Source: an uncultured Acidimicrobiia bacterium (GTDB lineage Bacteria; Actinomycetota; Acidimicrobiia; Acidimicrobiales; Ilumatobacteraceae). From it: a stretch of DNA of 64,000 nucleotides. The notes below the pieces were generated by a model, which saw nothing but the letters and a program-made list of their open reading frames with translations, did not search any database and had not been told where the DNA came from. The DNA lies in assembly GCA_963822315.1 (NCBI GenBank), contig CAWGHB010000010.1, positions 88,377-152,376 on the forward strand, written 5' to 3'. Each line of letters begins with the position of its first letter. The first letter of the stretch is position 1. This document shows positions 21,027-30,392 of this stretch, one piece after another. The translations under genes and the position numbers were made by a program.

Positions 21027-21932
21027 CGACGCGACCTCCGATCGGGTGAGCTCGACGAACGCGTCCTCGAGCGCGGCGCCGCGGATCTCGATGTCCCGGA
21101 GATCGGGGTGGTCGGCGAGCAGGCACCGGATCGCCCGATCGGAGTCGTCGCAGACGAGCTCCACGCTGTCGCCGTGACGCTCGACCCGGGCCACGCCCGG
21201 CGTCCCGGTCAGGCGGTCGGCCGCCACGCCCGGCAGCGTCGCCCGGATCACCCGACCGCCGACATGGGCCTTGATCTCCGTCGTCGCGCCGTCGGCGACG
21301 ATCCGGCCGCCGGCCATCAGCACGATGCGATCGGCGTACGCGTCGGCCTCGTCGAGGTAGTGGGTGGCGAACACGATCGTCGTGCCGGCGAGAGCGTTGG
21401 CCCGCATCGTCGCCCAGAAGGTGCGCCGGGCCTCGACGTCGAGGCCGACGGTCGGCTCGTCGAGGACGAGGAGCCGAGCGTTCGCCACCAGTGCGATCGC
21501 GAAGCGCACCCGTTGGACCTGACCTCCCGACAGCTTGTTCGTGCGGCGGTCGGCGAGGTCACCGATGTCGGCGATGGCGATGACGGCCTCGACCGGCAGT
21601 GGGTGGGGGTACAACGAGGCCACCATCGTGAGGACCTCGCGGACGGACAGCTCGATGATGACGGCGCCCGACTGGAGCATGCCACCGACGAGGCCGGCGG
21701 CGACCGCCTCGCTCGGCGGGAGGCCGAACACCGTGACCTCCCCGGCGTCGGGCCGTCCGAGCCCGAGGACGATGTCGAGCGTCGTCGACTTGCCGGCACC
21801 GTTGGGGCCCAGGAGCGCGACGGTCTCGCCCGACGCGATGTCGAGGTCGATGCCGCGCACGGCCGGCACCGTCCCGTACGACTTGGTGAGCCCGGCCAGG
21901 TGGATCCCCGGGTCGGCGGCTGTGGGCGCCAT
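21027..21932 (-). CDS. ABC transporter ATP-binding protein (no stop codon before the permease)
   Basis: LLGPNGAGKSTT (Walker A), LSGGQVQR (signature), LLVLDEPTVGLD (Walker B). RBS GGAGG lies upstream of ATG 21932. Reads in frame into MSRATP of the permease. Confidence 0.8.
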
Positions 21933-21996
21933 CACGCCTCCGACTGTGCGCCTCTCCGGGCGGGCGGGACCAGTGCCGGCGATGACCGATCTCCGA

Positions 21997-22008
21997 TGAC
22001 AATTGTCA
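21997..22008. promoter_or_regulatory. perfect AT-rich palindrome TGACAATTGTCA in a divergent intergenic region (candidate operator)
   Basis: Seen directly. Lies 65 nt upstream of the ABC ATPase start (21932) and 108 nt upstream of the PPOX gene (22116). Conspicuous in ~70% GC DNA. Confidence 0.35.
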
Positions 22009-22115
22009 GTCACGGACGGGATCGGACGCTCGTCGCAGCGGTGCGATGAGTGCGTGCTGCGATCGCGGTCGACCCCTGACGAAGGTCGCCACCGCGGCGC
22101 CGAGAGGAGCACGAC

Positions 22116-22655
22116 ATGCCTCAGAACGACCCGATCGCCACCCGCAACCTCGACGGGTACGGGGCGCCGATCATCGACTGGTCGCGGGTTGCACCGATCC
22201 TGGCCGGTGAGCTGCCGCAGGGGCCCGACACGGGCGGACCGAACCGCCACACCCACTGGCTGACGACGACGAACCCGGACGGAACGCCCCACGTGATGCC
22301 GCTCGGAGCGCTCGGCATCGACGGCGCGCTGTACTTCAGTTCGGGCCCCGGCACCCGCAAGTCCCGCAACATCGAGCGGGATCCCCGCTGCGTGATGAGC
22401 GTCGCGACCCATCCGTTCGACGTCGTCGTGGAGGGCGTGGCCGAGCGGGTGACCGACCGCGCCGAGTTGCAGAGGGTCGCCGAGACGTACGCCGACGGCG
22501 GCTGGCCGGCGTCGGTCGAGGGGGACGCGCTGACGGCGGAGTACAGCGCACCGGCCGCCGGGCCACCGCCGTGGTACGTCTACAAGGTCGTCCCGGCGAC
22601 GGTGTTCGCGCTCGGCACGGCCGAGCCCTACGGCGCCACCCGCTTCGATCTCTGA
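22116..22655 (+). CDS. pyridoxamine 5'-phosphate oxidase family protein
   Basis: 179-aa ORF. HWLTTTNPDGTPHVMPLGALGIDGALYFSSGPGTRKSRNIERDPRCV. Confidence 0.7.
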   Translation: MPQNDPIATRNLDGYGAPIIDWSRVAPILAGELPQGPDTGGPNRHTHWLTTTNPDGTPHVMPLGALGIDGALYFSSGPGTRKSRNIERDPRCVMSVATHPFDVVVEGVAERVTDRAELQRVAETYADGGWPASVEGDALTAEYSAPAAGPPPWYVYKVVPATVFALGTAEPYGATRFDL

Positions 22656-22729
22656 CCCGCGGGCCGCACGGATCGCCCGGTCGGCCGTCACGCTGGCAGC
22701 ATCGGAGCACGACGACCGGAGGATGCCCG

Positions 22730-23473
22730 ATGCCGCAGCTCGATGTCCCCATCACCACGCCCGACGGCACGTGCGACGCGACGCTGCACACGCCCGCCGG
22801 TGACGGCCCGTGGCCCGGGGTGATCATGTTCACCGACGCCGGTGGCGTGCGCCCGACGTTCCTCGCCATGGCCCAGCAGCTGGCCGACCTCGGCTACGCG
22901 GTCCTGTTGCCTGACGTGTACTACCGCCTCGGACCGTTCGAGCCCTTCGACATGGGCACGATCTCGAGCGATGCCGGCGAGCGGTCCCGCCTGTTCGGCA
23001 TGGTGGGGACGGTCACGATGGCGTCGGCGACGATGGACACGGCGGCGATGCTGGACCAACTTGCGTCCCGCCCGGAGGTCGCGGCGACGAAGGTCGGCAC
23101 GACCGGCTACTGCATGGGCGGGAGGCTCTCCCTCAACGCCGCGGCGCGGTTCCCCGATCGCATCGGTGCCGCCGCCTCGTTCCACGGCGGCAGCATCGGG
23201 TCGAGCGCGCCGGACAGCCCGCACCTGCTGGCCGGGCAGATGACCGCCACCGTGTACGTCGCCGGCGCCGTCGACGACCCGACGTTCGACGACGAGCAGT
23301 ACGAGCGGTTGTCCACCGCGCTGACCGACGCCGGCGTCGACCACACGCTGGTGACCTACCCCGCTCACCACGGGTTCGCGGTGCCCGACAGCCAGAGCTA
23401 CGACGAGGCCGCAGCGGCTCGCCACTGGCAGGCTCTCGAGGAGCTGTACGCCACGGCGCTCGTCAGCCCCTGA
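22730..23473 (+). CDS. dienelactone hydrolase family protein
   Basis: ORF 22571..23473, start at MPQLDVPITTPDG preceded by GGAGGA. GVIMFTDAGGVRP, TTGYCMGGRLS nucleophile elbow, YPAHHGF. Confidence 0.8.
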   Translation: MPQLDVPITTPDGTCDATLHTPAGDGPWPGVIMFTDAGGVRPTFLAMAQQLADLGYAVLLPDVYYRLGPFEPFDMGTISSDAGERSRLFGMVGTVTMASATMDTAAMLDQLASRPEVAATKVGTTGYCMGGRLSLNAAARFPDRIGAAASFHGGSIGSSAPDSPHLLAGQMTATVYVAGAVDDPTFDDEQYERLSTALTDAGVDHTLVTYPAHHGFAVPDSQSYDEAAAARHWQALEELYATALVSP

Positions 23474-23501
23474 CCCGACGATCCCGAGTTGCCACCGCGG
23501 G

Positions 23502-23894
23502 TCAGCCCGCGATGTGGGCGAGGGCCTCCACCTCGACCAGGCAGCCGGGCCGGCCGACCGCGGTGACGAACACCACCGAGACCGCCGTCGGGTGGGGCCC
23601 CCACACCTCCTGCGCCGCGGCGTAGGCCTCGTTGACGTCCCCACCCGCGGCGATGTAGATCGTCAGCTTGGCGACATCCTCCTGGGTCGCGCCCGCCACG
23701 TCGAGGACGGTCAGCACGTTGCGCAGCGCCTGGGCCGCCTGCGGGCCGAGCTGGTCGCTGACCAGGTTCCCGTCGCCGTCGATCCCGTTCTGGCCGCCCA
23801 CGACGACGAGGCGACCGCCGGGCCCGATGAGCACCCCTTGACTGAACGCCGGGCTGGCCTCCAGCGTCGGCGGGTTGAGGTGGGTGATGGTCAT
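23502..23894 (-). CDS. RidA/YjgF family protein
   Basis: 130-aa ORF. FSQGVLIGPGGRLVVVGGQNGID..QALRNVLTVLDVAGATQEDVAKLTIY..LVEVEALA. Confidence 0.85.
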   Translation of the reverse strand: MTITHLNPPTLEASPAFSQGVLIGPGGRLVVVGGQNGIDGDGNLVSDQLGPQAAQALRNVLTVLDVAGATQEDVAKLTIYIAAGGDVNEAYAAAQEVWGPHPTAVSVVFVTAVGRPGCLVEVEALAHIAG

Positions 23895-23996
23895 GGCTCC
23901 GGCCTCCTGGTGACTCGTCGTGTGCCGGGTCCGAGCATCCCCCGTCCGGCGCCGGGTCAGTCGACCCCGTCCGACGTTCTGGAGGCGCGGCGGCAG

Positions 23997-24926
23997 TCAG
24001 TCGAGCGCGGCGAGGAACGGGCCGATCGCGGCCAGGAACCCCGGCGTGTTCCCGCCGTGGACGTTGTGGCCGACGTTCGCCACGGTCACCAGCCGACCGT
24101 CGGGCAGCGCGTCGACGAACCGTTCGGCGGCGTCGGCCATGAGCACGTCGGACTCCTCGCCGCGCACGAGCAGCACCGGGCAGGAGATCGCCGTCACGCT
24201 CTCCAGTGTCAGATCCCGTGGCGCCCCGGGCAACCGCCGGTGGTCGACCTTGCTGACGTACTTGCCGTCGGCCCGCACGAGGAGGTTGTACTTGACCGTG
24301 CGGGCGATGTGCTCCCGAGAGCGGAAGCGGTCGTAGCGGACCACGTTGTCGAGGAACACGTCGAGATCGTCGAACTCGACGTTGTGCGCCACGAAGTCGC
24401 CGATGACCTTGGTCCCCTTCGCCGACAGCTCCGGCCCGACGTCGACGACGACCAGCGCCCGGGCCACGTCGGGCTCCTGGATGCTCGCCTGCAGTGTGAC
24501 CCGACCGCCCATCGAGTGACCGAACACGATCGGGCGGGCGAGCGACTGGTCCTCGATGAAGGCCAGCGCGTCGGCGACCATCGCGTCCATCGAGTAGTCG
24601 AGCTCCCGGCTCCACTCCGTGTCGCCGTGCCCGCGCTGGTCGAGGGCGTACACGTGGAAGCGGTCGGCGAGGTGGAGGCTGACGAGGTCCCAGGAGTGCG
24701 ACGACTGGTTGCCGCCGTGCAGCAGCAGCGCAGGTGGCGCACCCGGGTCCCCCCACTCGGTGAAGTGGAAGCGCATGCCCCGGACGACGGCCTGCCGGGA
24801 GACGTAGCGGACGTCCGGGGAGTGCGGGATCCCGAGGTCGGCGGCGCTCTGGAGCAGGCTGGCGAACTCGTCCGACGCCCGCATGTCCATCGGTGCGAGG
24901 TCGGTGGCGAACTCGTTCAGGTACAC
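23997..24926 (-). CDS. alpha/beta hydrolase
   Basis: 309-aa ORF. LLLHGGNQSSHSWD, VFGHSMGG nucleophile elbow, GHNVHG. Confidence 0.8.
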   Translation of the reverse strand: MYLNEFATDLAPMDMRASDEFASLLQSAADLGIPHSPDVRYVSRQAVVRGMRFHFTEWGDPGAPPALLLHGGNQSSHSWDLVSLHLADRFHVYALDQRGHGDTEWSRELDYSMDAMVADALAFIEDQSLARPIVFGHSMGGRVTLQASIQEPDVARALVVVDVGPELSAKGTKVIGDFVAHNVEFDDLDVFLDNVVRYDRFRSREHIARTVKYNLLVRADGKYVSKVDHRRLPGAPRDLTLESVTAISCPVLLVRGEESDVLMADAAERFVDALPDGRLVTVANVGHNVHGGNTPGFLAAIGPFLAALD

Positions 24927-24964
24927 GGGCCGACACTAGGAGGGCCGGTGCCGTCGACGACGAG

Positions 24965-25002
24965 GTGAGCCGAGCGAGTCCTCGAGCGAGCGAACGACAT
25001 GG
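24965..25002 (-). repeat. 38-nt interspersed repeat R1, copy b
   Basis: The reverse complement is CCATGTCGTTCGCTCGCTCGAGGACTCGCTCGGCTCAC. Its terminal GTG (24965) is in frame with the kinase ORF. Confidence 0.7.
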
Positions 25003-26693
25003 CGCGGTGAGCCGGCGCTGCGTGCCGGCCGACGTTGTAGCCTCCGGCGCGGTGTCCGCCGACCGCCTCGGACCGCGGAGCCTGCGCCAGCTCCTCGACG
25101 CCGTGCTCGCGATCGGCTCCAGCTTGGACCTCGACGACGCGCTGCAGCACATCGCCGAGACGGCGACGTCACTCGTCGATGCCCGGTACGGGGCGCTCGG
25201 CGTCCTCGACGAGTCCCGCCGCGGACTGGCCCGGTTCGTCACCGTCGGCATCGACGCCGACACGTATGCCGCGATCGGTCGGCTGCCCAAGGGGCAGGGA
25301 CTGCTCGGTCTCCTCATCCACGACGCCCGGCCGCTGCGGGTCGCGAGGATCGATCAGCACCCCGAGCGGGCGGGCTTCCCGCCCCACCACCCGCCGATGA
25401 CGTCGTTCCTCGGGGTGCCGATCATCAGCCGCGGCGAGGTCTTCGGCAACCTCTACCTGACCGACAAGATCTCGGCCGACGCCTTCACCGACCTCGACGA
25501 GCAGTTGGTGATGGGGCTGGCCGCGGCCGCCGGCATCGTGATCGACAACGCCCGGCTCTACGGCCGGGCGGTTCGTCGCGAGGCCGCGCTCGAGCGCGAT
25601 CCACGAGATGATCTCGGCCGTCACGACCGACGAGGTCGGGCATGGCGGGCTCCAACTGGTCGCCGACCGCGCCTGGGAGCTGGTCGGTGCCGACGTCGCG
25701 ACGGTCGCCCTCCCGTCCCCGGACGGCGAATCGCTGACGCTGAGCGTGGTCGCCGGCCCGGCGTCGACGGACCTCCGCGGGCAGGCGTTCCCGATCGCGT
25801 CGAGCGTGTCGGGTGAGGTGATCGCCACCGGTCGGCCGGTCGTGCTGGAGGATGCCGCCCACGACGAGCACGCCAGTCAGCCCCAGGTCAGCGCCGGCGT
25901 GATCGGCCCGGCGATCTGGGTGCCGTTGCGGGCGTCGGGGGACGTCGTCGGCACGCTGTCCGTGGCGCGGCGCAGCGGCGCCGAGCCGTTCTCGGAGGCC
26001 GAGCTCGAGCTCGTCCTCCTGTTCGCCGCCCAGGCCGGCGTCATCCTGGAGATCGACCGCAGCCGGGATGACGTCCGCCGCCTGTCGATCCTCGAGGACC
26101 AGGAGCGCATCGCCCGCGATCTCCACGACACCGTCATCCAGCGCCTCTTCGCGACCGGGCTCTCGCTGCAGGGGCTCACCCGCCTGACGTCGGAGCCGGT
26201 GTCAGGGCGTCTGGCCTCGGCGATCGACGATCTCGACGCGACGATCCGCCAGATCCGCACCGTGATCTTCGGGCTCGAGCGCCCGGTCGGGCGCGAGCTG
26301 AACGGCCTGCGGGGGCGGATCCTCGACCTCGCCGTCGAGGCGGCGCGGGTCCTCGGCTTCGACCCCCGGGTGACGTTCAGCGGACCGATCGACACCGTCG
26401 TCGACGTCGGGACGGCCGACGAGGTCGTCGCCGTCCTCCGCGAGGCGCTGTCGAACGTGAGCCGCCACGCGGCGGCGCGCGAGGTCGTCATCGATGCCGG
26501 CACGGACGGCGCGGCCTTCACGCTCACCGTCACCGACGATGGAGTCGGGCTCGGAGACGGGGGCGGTGCCTCGGGGCACGGCGTGGAGAACATGCTCGCC
26601 CGCGCGGCGCGGCGCGGCGGGACGGCCGAGATCGGCACTCGGCCGGAGGGGGGCGTCCGCGTGCGGTGGTCGGTGCCGCTCGGGCGGGTCTGA
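24965..26693 (+). pseudogene. DevS/DosS-like GAF-GAF-HisKA_3-HATPase sensor kinase, one frameshift; start uncertain (GTG 24965/25007/25052)
   Basis: GAF-A (SLVDARYGALGVLDE..FPPHHPPMTSFLGVPI..GNLYLTDK..NARLYGRAVRREAALE) lies in the frame of ORF 24893. It continues as AIHEMISAVTT..GAF-B..ERIARDLHDTVIQRLFATGLSLQ..GHGVENMLARAA in the frame of ORF 25608. The shift is near 25595. Confidence 0.75.
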
Positions 26694-26715
26694 GCGATCC
26701 GCGCCGGCCCGGCGC

Positions 26716-27759
26716 TCACGCCCGTGTGAGGACGACCTTCAGGGCGCCGGTCTCCCCGGCGCGGGCGAAGACGTCGTACGCCTCTTCGAACTGGTCGAGA
26801 CGGAAGTGGTGGGTCACGAACCGCGACGGGTCGAGCTGACCGCTCTGGGCCAACCGCAGCAGGGTGGGCGTGGAGGAGGTGTCGACGAGGCCGGTCGTGA
26901 TCGTGACGTTCTTGATCCAGAGGTCCTCGAGGTGCAGCGTCGCCGGCTCACCGTGCACGCCGATGTTCGCGACATGGCCACCGGGACGCACCAGCGCCGC
27001 CGCCAGTTCGAACGTCGCCGGGACGCCGACCGCCTCGATGGTCACGTCGGCGCCGAGCCCTCCGGTGAGGTCGCGCACGACGGCCAGCGGATCCTGGTCA
27101 CCGTTGTTGACGGTGACGTCGGCCCCGAACTGCTTGGCGGCGTCGAGCCGGCTGTCGACGAGGTCGATGGCGATCACATGGCTCGGGCTGAGGAGACGGG
27201 CGCCGGCGATCGCCGACAGGCCGATCGGTCCGGCGCCGACGACGGCGACGACGTCTCCCGGGCGGACCCGGCCGTTGAGGACGCCGACCTCATACCCGGT
27301 CGGCAGGATGTCGGCGGCCATCAGCAACTGGTCGTCGGTGACGCCGGCTGGCGCGAGGTAGGTGGAGGTGTCGGCGAACGGGACGCGAACCAGCTCGGCC
27401 TGGGTCCCGTCGATCAGGTGTCCGAGGATCCAGCCCCCGCCGCCCAAGCACTGCCCGAACATGGCCTCGCGGCAGTAGCGGCACGTGCCGCAGGCCGAGA
27501 TGCACGAGACGAGGACGTGGTCGCCGACGTGCCGGGCCCGCACGCCGGCGCCGACCTGCACGATCGTCCCGACGGCCTCGTGACCCAGCACCCGGCCGGG
27601 TGTCACCGTCGGCACGTCACCCTTGAGGATGTGGAGGTCGGTGCCGCAGATCGTCACCGCGTCCACGCGCACGATGGCATCGGTGTCGGCGACGAGCGAC
27701 GGCGCCGGCACCTCCTCCCACGACGCGTGGCCTGGTCCGTGGTACACGACAGCGTGCAT
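26716..27759 (-). CDS. zinc-dependent alcohol dehydrogenase (MDR family)
   Basis: MHAVVYHGPG..GHEAVGTIVQVG..CGTCRYCREAMFGQC..VAVVGAGPIGL. GGAGG precedes ATG 27759. The ORF is open up to GTG 27837, which sits at the leaderless position relative to box B1. Confidence 0.85.
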   Translation of the reverse strand: MHAVVYHGPGHASWEEVPAPSLVADTDAIVRVDAVTICGTDLHILKGDVPTVTPGRVLGHEAVGTIVQVGAGVRARHVGDHVLVSCISACGTCRYCREAMFGQCLGGGGWILGHLIDGTQAELVRVPFADTSTYLAPAGVTDDQLLMAADILPTGYEVGVLNGRVRPGDVVAVVGAGPIGLSAIAGARLLSPSHVIAIDLVDSRLDAAKQFGADVTVNNGDQDPLAVVRDLTGGLGADVTIEAVGVPATFELAAALVRPGGHVANIGVHGEPATLHLEDLWIKNVTITTGLVDTSSTPTLLRLAQSGQLDPSRFVTHHFRLDQFEEAYDVFARAGETGALKVVLTRA

Positions 27760-27872
27760 GGTCTGCCTCCTGGTCGATGTCGGCGGGTCGGAGGGCGGCG
27801 GGCGATCCGTGCTCGGGTCGCTCATCCGGGCCTCCACACGTCCATGATCCGCGTCGGAGCAGCGCCTCGACA

Positions 27873-27886
27873 GGGCCGAACGTCAC
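27873..27886 (-). promoter_or_regulatory. DosR-type operator B1
   Basis: Gene-strand sequence GTGACGTTCGGCCC followed by T. 36 nt from GTG 27837. -10 hexamer GATCAT at -12..-7. Confidence 0.65.
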
Positions 27887-27926
27887 GGTTCGGAGCGGGA
27901 CGTGGCGGAGGTCGCGACCACGGTGA

Positions 27927-28388
27927 TCACTCCGGCGACGCCCGCCGCACCGGCGGATCCCGGTGCTCGCCGGCGCCGGCCGCCACCCGGAACCGGCGAC
28001 CGCTCACCTCCACCGGTTCGATCCGCACCACGTGGCTCTTCGGTGCCGCCTGCCACGGGAACAGCGGCAGGTCCGATGCGTCGAAGCGCTCGTGGAGACC
28101 TCGGAGCTCCTGGGCCCGACCCTTGATGATGACGGACCAGGCCTCGCCGCGCGCCCGGTCGTGGCCGTCCACCTCGAACGCCACGTTGCCGTCGAGTCCG
28201 ACGGCGGTGAGCTTCGTGCCCGCCGCCGTGCGGAACACGACCGTGCCGTGGTCGACGACGTAGTTCACCGGGAAGATCTCCGGCTGGTCGGACAAGGCGA
28301 CGGCGAGGCGGCCGATCTCGGCCGTGCGCAGCAGCTCGAAGCACTCGTGGGTCGTGAGGACGGTCATGCCGAGACGGTCGGTGGTCAT
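27927..28388 (-). CDS. PPOX-like split-barrel protein (Pyridox_ox_2-type), paralog 1
   Basis: MTTDRLGMTVLTTHECFELLRTAEIGRLAVA..EIFPVNYVVDHGTVVFRTAAGTKL. Clearly paralogous to 36671..37117. Confidence 0.7.
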   Translation of the reverse strand: MTTDRLGMTVLTTHECFELLRTAEIGRLAVALSDQPEIFPVNYVVDHGTVVFRTAAGTKLTAVGLDGNVAFEVDGHDRARGEAWSVIIKGRAQELRGLHERFDASDLPLFPWQAAPKSHVVRIEPVEVSGRRFRVAAGAGEHRDPPVRRASPE

Positions 28389-28424
28389 GGGGCCATCGTG
28401 CGCCCGGTCGGCCGACGGTGGCGA

Positions 28425-28438
28425 GGGCCCAACGTCCC
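28425..28438 (-). promoter_or_regulatory. DosR-type operator B2
   Basis: Gene-strand sequence GGGACGTTGGGCCC then T. 37 nt from ATG 28388. -10 hexamer CACGAT at -12..-7. Confidence 0.65.
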
Positions 28439-28544
28439 GTTCCCGGCCCACCGCCCGTCGCCGCGGCGCGCCGACGTCCCACCCCGCACCGGCGACGGGA
28501 GCCGGGCGGGGTGGGACGGGTGGGGTCGGCGGGGCAGGCTTGGT

Positions 28545-29240
28545 TCAGGCGGTGCGATGACGGTGGACGAGCCCGAGCACCACGAGGACCCCCATCGCGC
28601 CGGCGGCGACGAAGCAGACGATGGCGGCGATGCCGGCGATCATCCCGATGGTGGACCACGCGTAGGTCGACAGCAGCAGACCGCGGAGCGTCTCGCCCCG
28701 GAACAGCGAATCACGCTGCCCGCTGATGGAGTCGGCAGTTGCCTGCAGCTCGTCGATGGTCGCCGGGGGCTCGCCGTTGTCGATGGCGTCCTGGACGGCG
28801 GCGGCCGCGGCCCGCTGGGGCTGCCCGAGGTCGGCATAGGTCGCCCCGTCGGCGATGCCCTCGAGGTGGCCGCCGATGTAGCTGGCGTAGGCCTCGGCCT
28901 CGCCACCCGTGGTGACCTGCTCGCCGGCGTAGCCGAGCAGGTCGGTGCGGCCCTCCTCCTCCAGGGAGGCGGCGTCGGGGAACGTGATGTTCTGCGAGGA
29001 CAGCTCGCGCCCGACGTAGTCGTCGGCGAACCGGTTGCCCCACGTGAGCAGGCCGCCGGCTACGACCAGCACGAGCGCCGCCACGCCGCCGAGGGCGACG
29101 AGGATCGCGTCGAGCCGACGGCGCCGGATCGGTCCGACGACGTCGACGTCGGCGGGGTCCGGCGGGCCGGCGGGCTCGGGCTCGGGGAGGTCGAGGTCGA
29201 CGACCGGCCGGTCGGGTGACGGGTGGTAGGTCTTGGTCAT
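28545..29240 (-). CDS. membrane protein, two TM segments flanking a ~130-aa extracytoplasmic domain (function unknown)
   Basis: 231-aa ORF. Hydrophobic stretches LDAILVALGGVAALVLVVAGGLL and WSTIGMIAGIAAIVCFVAAGAMGVLVVLGLV. No family recognised. Confidence 0.5.
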   Translation of the reverse strand: MTKTYHPSPDRPVVDLDLPEPEPAGPPDPADVDVVGPIRRRRLDAILVALGGVAALVLVVAGGLLTWGNRFADDYVGRELSSQNITFPDAASLEEEGRTDLLGYAGEQVTTGGEAEAYASYIGGHLEGIADGATYADLGQPQRAAAAAVQDAIDNGEPPATIDELQATADSISGQRDSLFRGETLRGLLLSTYAWSTIGMIAGIAAIVCFVAAGAMGVLVVLGLVHRHRTA

Positions 29241-29265
29241 GATGGGCTCCGATCAGGAGGGTGGT

Positions 29266-29304
29266 GTGAGCCGAACGAGTCCGCGGCTCGCGCGGACGAG
29301 GTGG
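29266..29304 (-). repeat. possible diverged copy of repeat R1 (copy f), containing a 7-bp hairpin
   Basis: In GTGAGCCGAACGAGTCCGCGGCTCGCGCGGACGAGGTGG the first 17 nt match copy b at 16/17. GTCCGCG-GCTCG-CGCGGAC (29279-29297) could terminate the USP gene. Confidence 0.4.
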
Positions 29305-29347
29305 CTCGGGAATTGGACGTAGCGGGGTGATCCCGTGCGGTCCCGTG

Positions 29348-30190
29348 TCATGGGACGACGACGACGGGGCAGGTGGCGTGATGGCTGACCTGGTCGCTCA
29401 CGGAACCGAAGACGGCGCTGGCCAGCTCGCCGCGACCACGCGAGCCGACGACGAGGACCGAGCCGAGTGCCGCGGCCTCGAGCAGGGCGGCGGCCGGGCG
29501 GTCGCAGCTCGACACGATCTCGACGGGCGCGATCAGGCCGGAGGTGTCGACCGGCGCGAGCTCGCGACGCAGGAAGCGGTCGGACTCGGCGGCGAGTGCC
29601 GGCGGGTCGAACGCCGGGTCGTAGAGCCCCAACATGCTGTACGGCAGGAGCCACGCATGCACGGCGACCAGGCACCGGCCGGCGCTCCGCGCCTCCTCGA
29701 ACGCCCATCGCAGCGCACGCCGGGAAGGTTCGGACCCGTCCAGGCCGACGACGACGGGCTGATCGGCGCGCGTTGCGGCGTCACGGATCACGGCGACCGG
29801 GCAGGTGGCGTGGTGGAGGACCTGGCGACTGACCGAACCGAGCAGCAGACCACGGAATCCGCCGATGCCGCGAGCGCCGACCACGACGAGGTCGGCGCCG
29901 TCGCCGGCCTCGAGCAGCGCCCGGCCCGGGAGGTCGTTGACGACGACCCGCCGGACGGCGTCGTGGTCGGCGGTGGTCCGATCGACGAGGTCGTCGAGGA
30001 CCTTCGCGGCGACGGCCGCGCTGTAGTCCGGGTCGAACGGTGCGCCCGGCTCGGCGTGGTGCTGGTCGATGTAGCCCCACGCGAGGAGGGCCGTGACGGG
30101 CCGGTCGTGACGGGCGCCGTGATCGGCCGCCCACCGCAGCGCGGCGCGGGCGTAGGGGGACTCGTCGACGCCGACGATGATTCCTTCCAT
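29348..30190 (-). CDS. tandem universal stress protein (two UspA domains)
   Basis: MEGIIVGVDESPYARAALRWAA..LVVVGARGIGGFRGLLLGSVSRQVLHHATCPVAV then a second copy ..VVGLDGSEPSRRAL..VVGSRGRGELASAVFGSVSDQVSHHATCPVVVVP. Confidence 0.85.
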   Translation of the reverse strand: MEGIIVGVDESPYARAALRWAADHGARHDRPVTALLAWGYIDQHHAEPGAPFDPDYSAAVAAKVLDDLVDRTTADHDAVRRVVVNDLPGRALLEAGDGADLVVVGARGIGGFRGLLLGSVSRQVLHHATCPVAVIRDAATRADQPVVVGLDGSEPSRRALRWAFEEARSAGRCLVAVHAWLLPYSMLGLYDPAFDPPALAAESDRFLRRELAPVDTSGLIAPVEIVSSCDRPAAALLEAAALGSVLVVGSRGRGELASAVFGSVSDQVSHHATCPVVVVP

Positions 30191-30225
30191 GCCTCGAGCA
30201 TCGGTTCCGGACGGCCGATCCGGTA

Positions 30226-30239
30226 GGGCCGAAGGACCC
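30226..30239 (-). promoter_or_regulatory. DosR-type operator B3
   Basis: Gene-strand sequence GGGTCCTTCGGCCC then T. 36 nt from ATG 30190. -10 hexamer GATGCT at -12..-7. Confidence 0.6.
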
Positions 30240-30392
30240 GTCGCGCCCGTGACCACCTGGGTGCGGACCGTGCCATCCCGACATCCGGGCGCGGGCAGTC
30301 ACGAAATCGAGACCATCCGCGCCCAGGTGCGCCGATGAGGCTGATCGCGCCCAGATGGTGGGAGGCGCGCCGGGCGAGCGGGACCTGGAACA

